64,000 nt of DNA from Lama glama (Eukaryota), in contig CM052817.1 in assembly GCA_028534125.1 (NCBI GenBank), positions 100,132,001 through 100,196,000 of the forward strand, written 5' to 3'. Positions 25,617-38,350 of the stretch are shown piece after piece. The notes under the pieces are model-generated. The model ran no database searches. It was not told where the DNA came from and worked only from the letters and a program-made list of their open reading frames with translations. Each line of letters starts with the position of its first letter. The first letter of the stretch is position 1. Made by a program: the position numbers and the translations under genes.

Positions 25617-25772
25617 AGAAAAAAAAAAAAAAGAAAGAAAAAAGAAAGAAAAAAAGGAAAAAAGAAAAGAAAAAAAGGGAAGGAAAAAAGGGAAGGAAAA
25701 GAAAAGAAAAGAAAAAAAAGAAAAGAAAAGAAAAGAAAAGAAAAGAAAAGGAAAGAAAAGGAAAGAAAAAGG
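25617..25772 (+). repeat. Pure-purine A-rich simple repeat, (GAAAA)n-like, about 155 bp
   Basis: Uninterrupted A/G tract visible in the sequence. Confidence 0.95.
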
Positions 25773-27584
25773 CTCTGAAGAGGTCCATCTAGAGAGAGAT
25801 TTAACCTCCTTTACAGTGTCTCTCTGCAACCACTCCTCTCCGGCCCCGAGAACTCACAGGTGACCATGCCCAGAGCCTCAGTCACCAAGAAACCCTCCCT
25901 CCGGATGCTGAGTTGCGACACAGGCCAGATACCACTAATGGGCATGTCCAGTACACCCATCAGTGGACTGAAAAACCAGGGAGCCATTTGTGTATATTCT
26001 AGGGACAACATGCAGTCATCATTTTCCTTCACAAGGAAGAGACTAACGGAGGAGTGGACCGAGTTAGGGGAACAAGCCGAGTGAGCCCTGGGGGACTTGA
26101 AACAGGCCTGCGCTCACTAACCCGGGCGTGGGGGGCTCCGGGGAGGCCCTCCCCGGGTGGGAGGTGTGCTGGTGGGAGCTGCCGTCAAGGGGGGCCTGGA
26201 GACAGCCTGCACGTCATCTTCAAAGCAGCCCTCGTGGAAAGAGAAATCTATAAATAGTCTTTTTCTTTCCAAAGATGAAATAGGTTCAAGGCAGCTGATC
26301 AGAGACATTCTTTTTTCTCACAATCAGTCCATCATGAGCATTTGGTCTTTGAGGGAACTGATACCTGAATATTTATCAAACGAAACATGTGACCACCGCA
26401 AGCCCTCTACTCTCCTGCAAGTCACCTTGCTCTAAATTGTCTATGCAGCGGCCAGGGTGTGTTAATTCAGGTCCAGCTCTCCACGACACCCACATTTCAT
26501 CAGCCTCACATTTCACCAGTTTAGGGGCTCTGGCTTCTTGAAGAGTTAGCTTAGCGTCTCACCTAATTTAGCTCACCACCCACACTTCCTCGTTGGCTCT
26601 AGCTCAGACTCTCAGCTCACCCGGAGAAAACCTGATTTCAGTTCTCATAATGGATACTTACTGTTTTTCTGTCCACTTTTCCCTCCGGTGTGGGCTGTTG
26701 TTCTGATCTCTATTCATACTGTTACATTAGGGCTGGCCACATACCTACAGTAGGACTCATTCAGCCCGCGCCTACGAGGGCCAGGGTGGTCATACCGCCG
26801 AGCTGAGCAAGTCCGAGTCTCCTCCCTGGAACCTGGACTTGGATGACAGCGTTTGGGGTCCATAACACATGAACTTAAAGGATTCTCTATAACTGTGTTT
26901 TTCTGCTATGTGAACCAGAAAAGCAAAGGAAGCAAGTTACAGAGAGGAAAAGAAGAATGTAGCAGAAATAAAAAGAAGAGGAGGAAACAGAGATGTGGAG
27001 ATAATCTGGTTTGGTCGTTCTTTGGCCCAGCCACATTCCTCAGTTCAACTTAGCTGGACCCAGTGGATCCCAGAATTCTCTATATAAGATTCTTCTTTTC
27101 CTCCAAGCACTGCAGCAGGAGCATTACCGTGGTAGATTAGATTGTCCGGCATGGTCCCAGAGATGGCCATTGGCATTTTCGTAAAATGTCCTAGTTTGCC
27201 TTAGAACGCATGTAACAGCAGCAATCAATATTCATGAAGCATCTGTTTACAGTATAGACTTGATTTACTGATGGTTACACTGAGGCTCAGTGAGGTTAAG
27301 CAAGTTGGCTCAGGTGGGACAACTAGCAGGTAAGTGACTGAGCTAGGATTCCAGAACTCTTACTTGTTCTGCTCTGTGTAGATGAAGCTTCACGGAAGGG
27401 TTATCTACCCGGTGGTAGCCTGGTCATCACAATCAACCAGTCTCCACTCGAGAACTGCTTAATTAGAGATCTGGAGTGGGGAAGGTAGCAAGGTATGTTT
27501 TTATAACATTTTTTAAAGTTAAAAGTTTAAAAGAACAACACACATATATTTAACAACAATAACAAAAAATGTACTAAGTACCTA

Positions 27585-28030
27585 TATATCAGAATTAGGT
27601 TTGGCTACAATTAAAAAATAACACTAATCATGCAGTTTAAATAACATAGAAGTTTATTTTTCTCCCTAGAGGTAGGCAGTCAAGACCTAGTATCAAAGAC
27701 ACAGGCCCCTTCTAGAATGGTTCCCACAAGTAAGCTTACCTCATGGACACAACATAGCTGTTGCAGCTCCAGCCATTATATTCATATTCCAAGCAGTAGG
27801 AAGGAGGATGGACCAAGGGCAGAAGAGTATGCCTTCTTTAAAGAGTAAACTTCCTTCAAAGGGTTTTCCAAGAAGCTCTACCCCATGACTTCTACTTAGA
27901 CCTCTTTAAACACTTCGGTTGACAACAGAGCCTGCAGATGTAGTTTTAAAGCTGGTACATGTGCTGGGCCTGACAACACAGGGACTGTTCCTAAGTAAGA
28001 AGGGGAAAATGGATGCTAGGTGAGAAACGG
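27585..28030 (-). mobile_element. Old MaLR LTR (MLT1J/K-like)
   Basis: atcagaattaggtttggctaca...gttgcagctccagccattatattcatattccaagcagtaggaaggagg; similar to 6316-6780. Confidence 0.65.
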
Positions 28031-28049
28031 GCAGCATTAGCCACAGCCC

Positions 28050-28330
28050 ATTATGTGCCAGGCACTTTTCTTGGTCGTGAGGATGTAACAGTGAGAAGAC
28101 AAAGTCCCTGGCAGCTCTTAGGGTTCTATTCCAGTAGGGAGATAGCTGATAAATAAGCAAGAAATAAATATTATAATTTTAAGCAGTGATGGGTAAAGGT
28201 GGAGATTTTTAAATAGGGCCAAAAGAGGGGACGGTCTTTCTGAGTGGGTGACATTTGAGCAGAGACCTGATTGATGTGAGGAACGTGGGAAGAGTGATCT
28301 GGGTAGAGGCTACAGCACCCACCAACCTCG
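28050..28330 (-). mobile_element. L2 fragment
   Basis: tatgtgccaggcacttttc...gtgagaagacaaagtccctggc...gtgacatttgagcagagacctga. Confidence 0.8.
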
Positions 28331-29214
28331 GAGCAGGGTGACGCGATGAGCACTCCGGTGAGAACCACTGATCCAAAACCTTTAAGAATCTGGAATAGCC
28401 TGTTCAGATGAAGTGACAAAACGATCTCGTTACATTAACTGGAGGGAACAGTGTTAGCGATATTCCATGAGTGATGTTTTATTTATTCACACGGTTCATT
28501 TTCTTATCAATAGGGTAGGTGTTGACATTGCAAATTATTACTATTAATCTCATCGGGGAAATTGTAACAGCTATCTCCTGCTTCCTCAAAGTGCTGCATG
28601 GGATATATTTAGAAGGTAAAAGTGAATTATTGACGTACATTAAATATCAGCATAGTATGGGTACTTCCAGCTGCATTTCAAGGCTTTTCATCATGTTGGT
28701 ATAATTGTGGATTCATCCCTGTCCCTAAAAGCGCTGTATGAGATACACTTATTTTTCAAATTCAAGTGAATTTAAGTCCAAAAATACCCTCTTATGGATA
28801 TTTTAATGTATCCCTTTTCTTGAGAGGTAGTATGTTCCCTAAGAGTATTTGTCCTTGCTTTTCACTTCTCTTACCTTGAGTTAGTGCCTGTTGTGATTGT
28901 GTTCTGGGGGCCAGCAAAGTTTTCTATTGACTTTATCCATATACCATTTATGATTTTAGTGATTTCAATCAAATTTCCATTTCAAGCTTTGTTGTCATCT
29001 GCACTCATCATCTTTTAAAATCTCTTCTTGTGTGCCAGAACCCCCTCCCCTCTATGCTATGTGCTCAGTCTTTTTCACTGCCTCTTTCTAGATTTGTGAT
29101 ATCTTTCTTGATAAAGTAGCCTTCAGTTTTCATGTTATGTAATATTACATTGACCAAGCAAGACCATGGCAGAAAATCATGAACCAATGCTTTGCCTCCT
29201 GCTGCACCTTTAAA

Positions 29215-29306
29215 AAAAACTAATGGAGGTTCTAGGGATTGAACCAGGACCTTGCGCATGCTAAGCATGTGCTCTACCGCTCAGCTATACCCTTCCCTCT
29301 TCCCCA
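29215..29306 (-). mobile_element. tRNA-derived camelid-type SINE (Vic-1-like)
   Basis: ggaggttctagggattgaaccaggaccttgcgcatgctaagcatgtgctctaccgctcagctatacc (reverse A/B boxes); TSD gctgcacctttaaa (29201-29214) / gctgtccctttaaa (29307-29320). Confidence 0.85.
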
Positions 29307-30361
29307 GCTGTCCCTTTAAATCTGCTGCATAGGCTTTGTTCTTCTCTCACATCTGAATGAAAAATCAGGCAGGTTTTCTGGTCACCCAGTAATACAAGCT
29401 CCTCCAATCAATAATGTAAAAGTCCAGTCCCTTGTAACAGATCATACTTTGAACTTGGTTCAGTATGAAGTTTTCTTTTCCTCCCCTGATGGTGACCTGT
29501 TGCAGGTGGAAGCTGGCAGAAGGGGAAGGAGATGTGTTCTTTCTTCCCCTTGTGCTTTTCCCATCTCCCTCCTCCATCCTGTTAGCGGTGATTTCTGACC
29601 CCTCATGGTGGAGCACAGGGAGCCAGGAGAGAACGCTGGTCAGAAAAGTTTTTCCTTACCTGGGACTATAGTGATCCGGGTGTTGCCCTCTCTGGGTCTG
29701 GGAAGTGTTGAAAGCCGAGTCTTGTTCTCATCTCTATTTTATGGGTTGTTTTTTCACATCTCCGTCACTGGAGACCTCCTTCTCCCCTGGAGATCACTGT
29801 TACAGGCAATACACTTGCCTCCAGCTCCTTGTTGCTCCTCCTCCACTTCCTGCCATTTGGCCTTATCTCTCAACCTACCTCTGTTGCTGTCTGTCCAGCT
29901 CTCCAGGCGGCCTTCTTGGATGAGGCGATGCTTGCTCTACTTCTGACGCATAGAAAGCCGTTATGTATCTTTTGCGCTGACAAACTGAGGACAAATCTCC
30001 CAACACAGCCTCTTCTCCTTGACTTGTGTGTCTTGAAACTCTTACTGTTGATGCTTCTCAGGTGGGGGTTAGACACAGTTTCATGTGTCCCATCACCGCA
30101 AGGGACACGGATCATGCCCTCAGTGTGTTCCTATTGAAGGCTCATCGGTAATGTCAACACGAGGGGCTGACATCCCAGTCCTACCTCTAAGGAGAGGACC
30201 TGGAACCTTCTCTAAAAAGAATCTCTCCACCTCCACCCTCTCCTTTCCTGACTGCTCCAATCTCTTATATAGGCTACAGGTGCATGGGCACCTCAGGGCA
30301 GAAGCTGGTTTTCAACCCCTCCTCCACCTCTTTTATTTTTTTTTCTAACTTTTAATTTTGA

Positions 30362-30488
30362 CTAGGAGGAGTCAGTGGTAGAGTGCATGCTTAGCATGCA
30401 TGAAGTCCTGGGTTCAATCCCCAGTGCCTCCATTAAATAAAATAATAATAAATAAATAAACCTAATTACCTCCCCCCCCAAACAACAA
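30362..30488 (+). mobile_element. Vic-1-like SINE inserted in the tail of an old L1
   Basis: tcagtggtagagtgcatgcttagcatgcatgaagtcctgggttcaatccccagtgcctcc, then (aaat)n and cctaattacctcccc. Confidence 0.85.
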
Positions 30489-30900
30489 AATTTATTTTGA
30501 AATAATTATAGATTCACAGGAAGTTGCAAAGAAATGCACTGGGAGATTCCATGCAACCTTCACCTTCAATGTTAACATCTTGCATGACTGTAAAGCAACA
30601 GAATAGCCAGGAAACTGACAAGGGTACAATCTGCAGTGCTTATTCAGATTTCACCAGCTATGCATGCACTCGATTGTGTGTGTGTTTGTGTGTGTGTTTG
30701 TGTGTGTGTGTGTTTCAAACTCTGTGCAATTTTATCACATGTGTAGTCCCATATAACCACCACAATTGCAAATACAACCGCCCCCTTCCCGTGAGGCTCT
30801 GTCAAGATACCCCTGTATAACACACCCCTTTCTTCTATTATCCGCAATCCAGAAACCACTCATCTGTTTTGCATCTCTATAATTGTGTTCTCTCATGGGA
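30489..30900 (-). mobile_element. Old L1M 3' end with internal (TG)n repeat at about 30675-30712
   Basis: ttttgaaataattatagattcacaggaagttgcaaagaaat...aaccactcatctgttttgcatctctataatt. Confidence 0.8.
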
Positions 30901-33900
30901 TCATTCAGTGTGCATCTTTTTGAGAATGCCAGCCATCTCTGTTTTGCAAGTCTTAAAAAATGTACTGGTCTTACTTTGGAACAGAGGATATTGTTTTGCT
31001 GCTTCAGCTAAGATGGAAGTAAGAAGAGTCTTATTTTCACATCCGGTTACAAATAGTTTAGTTCACGTTTGAACGTATCTTCTATTTTGCATCTTTCTGA
31101 TGATACAGCGTTTCATTCATTTAACAAATATTTATGGAGTGCCTGCCGTGGGATTGCCTTTGATGCTATTTTTCTGCATTAGGCTTAATGTTCTCGGGAA
31201 AGCAAGTAACCCCAAGGTCTCCTCTTGGCTTTATGGTAAGTTCCTAGGCTATTGTTCTCCAAGTTTTGGTGTTTAAGGTGCTTTAAACTGAACTGACCAG
31301 CACTGAAATTCCTGTATCACTTTCTGCTTAGCCTCAAAAAGTCATTATCCCATTGACTCACCATTTCACGTCTTAGAATGTCTTGCAGTCATCTACAGCC
31401 ACGAAAGTTTCACTGTGTACCCTGTTCTTCAAATCTCTTCATAAAATTACTCACCGAGATCAGCCCCTCTTGATCTCTGAGAGCTCTTACTTTTTGCAAA
31501 AAAATGACACTTTTTTCTTTTATTACCTGGTTTTCCTGTGTTAGAACTTAATTCTTCATCCGTTTCAAATTGTCCCTTAATCCTATGGTGACTCAACTGT
31601 TCTTTACTTGCCCACGGTAAGTTTTTGGTGCAGGTGTTTGTCAAAAGCAATTCCAAAGTCTGCAAAATGACTCTGTCCTCTTTTCCCACGTGACCTCAGA
31701 GAATGCCAATAATCAGACGGCTTCCTCATACAGAACCCATCATGCCTCTGCCTCTGTGGATGGTGCTGATTTGAGCTTTTTGCAATTCCTACCTTATTTA
31801 GGGATTCCACTAGCTAGGTATGTCAGGAAGGGAGAAACAGCCAGTGGGTGCTTTCCCAGAGTGCCCTCTGGAGACTCAGAATAAGTCTGACACGGGCAAC
31901 CTGACAGTTCTGTATCTAGCACAGCAGCTGTTGCAACAATGGGTCTCACGTCACGGTCGACAGTGCCACAAGCCTGCCCATGAATTCATTCGAAATCTTT
32001 AGGTGAATCACATCCTGTCTGGGTGATTTATTGATATGTGTTTGGCCAGTTAGGACTAGAACATTCTGTGCACTTACTACAATGTTACTGGTGCTCTGAC
32101 CTGTCCATTTCAAGGGCACATATCTTCCCTGGCAGAGGACACGGCAAGGCAGTGGGACAATTTCTCTTCTATTTTCTTTTTCATTCCTTGCTGCATTCCA
32201 TTGATGCCTTCACCTTCTTGGGTTTTATTTTTGACATTCTTCAGGGTTTCTTGCAAGGTATTCTTTTATGAATCATAGAATTTCAGAAATCAAAGGAACG
32301 TAAAAATGTAATTTGGTCCAAATTCCCCAGCATAAAGACGAAAAACTACATTGGAAAGAAGTTATGTGACTGGCTCTGACCCATTTAATGGCTTACACTT
32401 CCTTTCTAGTTACATGTGCTTATTTTTTGCTATTTATGTTCATATGAAATTTTGAAAAACATAGGTTTCCTTTTTGGCCTTAAAATGCTTTCCTTTTGTA
32501 AACTTCCCCAGTTCTATGAAGAGAAGGTGTCTGATCTGGGCTTTTGTGTGCCCAGATGGCTGCTGGTTCATTTCATTCTGCTGCCTGGGAACCAGAGGAC
32601 CCCTCCCCAGTTGCCTTGTAGGATCTCAAGGGAGCAACCCCCCCGCCCAGCCCTGCCCAGTTATGGAATCCCTCTGTCTGACATTTCCTACAGCATCTGC
32701 TTGACATCCTCTGATGGCTTGTTCACTTTTCCACAGCTGGAAATTCCTGGCTCCAGTGTGCTCCTTCTATAAAACCACCTGCTTTCCCAAGGCTGCTTTC
32801 TCAGAGCATCTCCTTTACGCTCACTATTGGGAGATCTGAGACAGGACATGTGCAGGGTTTAGGTGTGGTGGGTGAGACGGGAAGCCCTTGCCTTTCTTCC
32901 TGGAGGATGTGAAGCCAGCCAGCTTCCTTGGACTCATCATCCTGCTGCCTTATTTTTACAGCTAAAACGAGGCAGATTGTCCCCTCCCCAACCCTTCTGA
33001 TCACTGCACGCGCATTTAGTACCATCAGGGAGTTTTCTATCTGCATCTGGTCCACGTGGATGTTTCCAGTCCTGTGGTGTTCCCAGCGGCCGTCATCAGC
33101 CACCCCGCACTGGGGTGGGAGCCTCCTGCTTTCTCTCTCTGCCTTTCATCCATTTTGTCCCGTCCCTGCTGGTGCTGGCAGTACATGCAGGGGTCCCTGA
33201 GGCAGGACCTGAGTTGTCTGCTTCTCCTGTATTCCAGCCGCGGAGCACACGGCAGGGCCTCACCAGAGGATGTATCCTGCCAGGGTCTCTCAGTCTCCAC
33301 CCTGGCCCCCTGGTCTACGTATGAGTCATGCAAGAGCCAGAGAGAACTTCAAAAAGTGTACACCCGTCCTGTGTCACTCCTCTGCCCAATGCCTTCTCCC
33401 TCAAATGGTGGCTGCCCCATCCCACTTGCCGTGTGATGGAATGAATCACTGGCCCCGTTTTCCTGTCCCTGAGACATGGAAACAGGATAGCCATGTCCTG
33501 CCACAGCCTGGCCTTGGCAGTGGAGTCCTCCTGCCCTGTGACTTTGACGTGGTCATGTGATGTGCTCTGGCCGGGGGATGGGAGTGGACCTCCACCATCA
33601 CCGGCACAAGGACGGACCCCAGGACCTGGTGCTGCAAGCAGCCTGGGCCCCAGAAGGACACACCTGGAGGAGCTTCCCTGGCCGACCCCTAGATGTGCAG
33701 CGAGAAACAGGTGTTCACTGCTGGGTACCTCTCAACTCGGGTAGCTGCCACACCACAGCTTGTGGTCCCCAGTGTCCTCTCCAGTGACCCTTCTGGACAC
33801 TTGCCCCAATTCCCGCTAGCTCCACTGGCCTCAGGGCCTTGCATTTGCCAGGGCTTCTGCTTCCAAAGTACTTTCTTCAACTCTCTGATGGGATCTCTGG

Positions 33901-35759
33901 AGGTGACGGATGCGGTGAAGCAGGGTAAGGGGGCAGCGAGCCTGGCAGGTGCAGGAGGAGGCTGTTTGCCATGGGGTGGCCTGAGGGGGGACTTTGGAGT
34001 GGAGAGTGAAGGAGAGGAGGGAAGCGGCCACGCCCAGGTCCGTCCAGCAAGCAGCATCTCCTCCACACTCTGCCCTTCCTCCTGCCTTGGGGACTTGGCA
34101 CAGCTCCTCTCTTCCCTGGGGAAGTCCCTTCTCACTCCTTGTCCTGCTCACACCTCCGTTCTTCTCACCTGAGGCCACATCCTTTCCAGGCTCCACAGCT
34201 TCGCAGGAGGCTGACATCTGCCGAGGCAGATGGCCCTGTGTTCTAGTGGCAACCTCAGCTTTCCAGGTGTTTGTTGGAGAGAACCATCTTGAGTTTATAG
34301 CCACCTGGTATTATAACAAGTTAGGCTGAGATAAATGATATTTACGAAGAATTTTAAAAACGTATTCAATCTACCATTGTTCTAGCTTTTCTGAAAACGA
34401 ATTGTGGGTCCAGCCAGGTTGGTAGGAGCTGGCGACAGGGGCGTCAGGTTAACCTCCCACCCGCCACTCTGCTAGAGTTGAATTGTGATGCCACTGGCCA
34501 GCGCTGAAAGTTCATAGATGACACATGATGTGGCCTAAAGCCTTCCGACTCAATATGTGATCTGAGGACCAGCAGCAGAGTAGCCTTAACAACACAGGAG
34601 AGCCCATTAGACGTGCAGCATCTCAGCTCCACCCTAGACAGTCTGCATTGGCTCCTCCCATGACCCGTGCGCACCTCACAGTCTGAGAAGAACCCCTCAA
34701 TTCCTTGTTTGTGACATCACTCAGAATCCATCTGCTTTGCAGCTAAATTCCTGTTTAGTTAGTCCTGAGACAAATCACTCTTCTGAGCAGTCTATTTGCT
34801 TTGTTTTTTGGGGTTTTTTAGTTTTTATTTTTGCAGACACTGTAAATTGTGTACACTTTCTTTTTCCCTGGTGGTTGTTAAATCTTTATCTGCCTCGCAT
34901 AGTGACTGGTATGGCATGTTGAAGCATTTGATGCACAAGTGTATTAACCCCATATTCCTAGAAATAGAAGAACTTCCAAAGCCTGCAATAGAGTGGCAGG
35001 CTCATTTCAGTGGCACCCGGGTAGCGGAGAAATTGGAAAGTGGCTTTTCTTGTCACCAAGCCTGGGAACATGCGCCTGCAGTCTGAGTAGGTGCTGATGG
35101 TGGGAGAGGAGAGGTGGCTTCCACTCTGGAGGATGAGGAGGAAGCCCGGAGTTTTCAGGGGTTGCCTTTCACACAACCAGAAGCTCTGCACATCACACAG
35201 GGACCCCTGTGCACCCTGCTTCGCGTGCGCAGTTGGGTCTTCAGTATTGTCAGTTGAATAATGATGATGTCAAGCCATGGCACCGTGGGCGTCCGGGTGG
35301 GCCTGCCCCACCCTGAAGGCCGGGCTGTGGCCCTGGCGTCCTTTCTCCTCCGGGCCACTCGGGGCCTCTGGACTGCCGGGCACGGGAATGTCTCTCACTG
35401 CTTTCTGGGAGGGAGAATGTTCCAGGCCCCAACTCCCTCCCAAACCACAGCCCCCCTTGGTGTCTCGCTTCTTTTCTGCAGGGTCTTGAGGGGGAGGGAA
35501 GGTAGCGGAGCTGGGTGAGGCCCTAGTAGCTCCACCTGCAAGAGGGTGGAAGCAGGTCAGTTCTCCCTCCCATTTCCAGAAATCAGCGCCAGCCTGCTGG
35601 AGGAGGGTCGGTGGCTAGGACAAAGGTATGATTGGCAGACCTGTACCAGCCTCCTGCCCTGTATGGGCTGGTGCCTCTGAAGTGCCAGTAACATCACTCA
35701 CCTGTTTACTGGGTCCCGCTGGCCACGCGGAGACAGGCCTGCAGAAATCATAACTAGCA

Positions 35760-35818
35760 AGTGTGTGTGTGTGCGTGCACACACATACATATTTGTTGTG
35801 TGTATATATATGTATATA
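35760..35818. repeat. (TG)n/(CA)n/(TA)n alternating purine-pyrimidine microsatellite
   Basis: gtgtgtgtgtgtgcgtgcacacacatacata...tgtgtatatatatgtatata. Confidence 0.9.
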
Positions 35819-37857
35819 ATCCCCCATTCACCCCGAAACTCAAGTCTGCTTTATATCTCGTATATATAAGATACTAAAATGCAGCTTTTCAGTGATTTTT
35901 ATGTAAGAAAGTAGGGAAGTGACTGAGATGGGGGCCAGGGCAGCTATGATCGAAAACCAGGTTCCCCACCTACACGTGGCCCTGGGGGTTAAAGAGCAGG
36001 TGCAGATAACCTGGCACCTTCCAGGCCTGGTCGCTCAGCAGTAAATACAGCCAAACAGTGACATGCGCTTCTCTACAAGGGATGCGCCGCACCCTCCCAG
36101 CCTCACCTGCATCTGAAAAGCACGCCTTTGTCTTCTCGCACGAGAAATCAGGGGGTGAGGTTCTGGAGTCTGCAAGCAGACTCACTGATGGAGTCTGTAC
36201 AAGATGAGACCCAGGTCTCCTTGTCAAGACTGGGTTACCCTGGGACACTTTTTGGCGGCTCTGCCCACTTCACCCATTAGGAGCTACTCCCAGATCTCCT
36301 TCCGCAGAGGTGGCTGCAAATTTGGAGCCTCCAGACGTCCGCACACGTCTTAGATTACTCTTGCCAACGCACATTGCCTTATGTTTATTTGAGTTAAGTT
36401 TCATCTGCCTTCAGGCTGTGCAATCCCCCAAAGTGTTCAAATGCATCTGGAATTTCCTGCAAATCTCCTTAGTTTTTATTAGCCAAAACAATTTAGAGCC
36501 AGCTGAAACCTCCAGGAAGAGATTAAACGACACTTATGTGACAATGGCTCACATAATCTCCGGCCAGGTAGAAGCGGCAGGGATGACTAAGGTGCCGGGG
36601 AGAACAGCGCTCATGTCATCTTGTGCCTCTGCAGATCTCTCGGCCTTGGAGAGGTGCCAGGGAGCCCTTTGTGGTGCTGGTTTCTGCAAGTGGAATAGGT
36701 AGATGTCTGTGCTTCAGGCGGGCTTGGAAGCCCCCCTTGCTGGGAGCGTGGGGGAGGCGTGTTACCTAAGGCCTGTTCTGTCTGAGCGAGTTGGTTATCA
36801 GAGAAGAGGGAGCAGAAAGTGAGCCTGTGAGGAGAAGGAAGCCGGGGTGGCAGCCTGCTCAGAGATGTAAAAATACCAGCAATGTGTAACCAAGGGAGAG
36901 AGGAGGGGAAGCAGGCGTGGGGCTCCAAGGACTTACCCAAAGAGGCAAAGCCATGAACTTGGCTGAACCTGAGAGCTGGGAGTGAGGGGCCAGGCAAGGA
37001 TGGCCCCTCTTGACCTGGGAAAGACAGCAATGGACAGCCCAGACTGATGGGAGAGGGAAGACAGGAGCTGTTTGCAAAACCCAGATCTCCCTGGGCTCGG
37101 CAGGCGCCAGGCTTCTCTGTGTGGGCAGCGTCAGAGCGCATCCCAGACCGTCTCAACCAGCTAAGCTTGACAGCTCCAAGCTGTTCCACAGACAGTGGGT
37201 GTGAACCCAAAATCGTTTCAGCTTTATACTGTTCTTTATTTTAAAAAAAATGAAATATTGAAAAAGCACCAGACCCAAAGGAGTCCTTGTTCTTTGGACC
37301 AGTTACCAGTGCAGGTATTGGGCCAGTTGAAGACACAAGTCTGGGTAAGTCGGAAAAGGTGGGTTGTAGGTGCCCCTTCCCTCGCGGCAGCATTCTTGGA
37401 AGAGCTTCTTTCCTTCTGACTCAAGGTTTTGCACCATTTTTCTGTGCCATTTTTAAAAACAGAGACCAGCGGCACACAGCCCCTTTTCTGGACAAGTCTT
37501 TTCTCGTTTGTTTCCAAGCTGGGTTCTTCGATTGCAACTGTCTGGAACAGCTCACGTCTAGCAGTTGGACCTTGACAAAGCTTAGGCACCAACGAGAGAA
37601 AGCAATCATCACCCTCAACTGCCTTGCTGGTAAAGCACACCCTGACTCCCATCTGATGTGTCAGGGGTCTTGCTTCATATTCCCTGTGGTTGTGGGGAAG
37701 ATCTACTGTTGAGAATGAGAAACCGAGACCATCAGTGTTTAGGGGATTGAAGGAAGAACTGTGGCCTGGGTTAATCTGGCTGGCACTCTGGGTCAACCAG
37801 GTGGCCGGGAAGTGGGTCCAGGAGAGAGACTTGGGCAAATGCTCACCTGCTCCATGG

Positions 37858-37948
37858 CTTTCCTTCTTCTTCTCCTTCCTCTCCTCCTCCTCCCCTTCCC
37901 TCCCCCTTATTCTTGCTCCTCCTCCCTCTTCTTCCTCTTCTTCTTCTA
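37858..37948 (+). repeat. CT-rich low-complexity tract
   Basis: Almost pure pyrimidine (tcc/ttc)n run. Confidence 0.9.
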
Positions 37949-37961
37949 CATGCTGAGGGGC

Positions 37962-38350
37962 TGTACTAGTTTGCTAGGATTGCAGTAGCAAAATATCATA
38001 GACCGGGGGCTCAAACAACAAGGATTGATCTCCAAGTTCTGGAGGCCAGAAGGCTGAGAGCAAGGTGCCTCCGGGGTTGGTTCTTTCTGGGGGCCCTGAG
38101 GGAAGGATCTGTTCCAGGCCTCTCTCCTCGGTTTGTAGATGGTCATCTTCCCCCTGTGTCTTCACAGTGTCTCTTCCCTTAGTAGGTGCCTGTGTTCAAA
38201 TTTCCTCTTCTTATAAGGACACCAGTGATACTGGCTTCGGGCCCATCCTAATGACCTCATTTAGCCTTAATTAAAGACCCTGTCTCCAATATGGTCATAT
38301 TCTGAGGCACATGTGAGTGTTTGGGGGAGATACTATTCAGCCCATACCAG
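37962..38350 (-). mobile_element. MaLR LTR (MLT1B/C-like)
   Basis: tgtactagtttgctaggattgcagtagcaaaatatcatagac...ttctggaggccagaag...cttataaggacaccagt...tattcagcccatac. Confidence 0.85.

Noticed and set aside
25590..25829. Phe/Ser-rich 79-aa ORF
   Set aside because: It is the translation of the (GAAAA)n simple repeat.
30362..30430. tRNA gene (A/B-box-like sequence)
   Set aside because: It is the head of a SINE with a simple-repeat tail and three diverged sibling copies; I could not build a proper cloverleaf or acceptor stem.
32760..34330. Dense overlapping ORFs of 100-160 aa on both strands
   Set aside because: Locally GC-rich DNA lowers stop frequency; I found no recognisable domain, consistent strand or splice-bounded frame.
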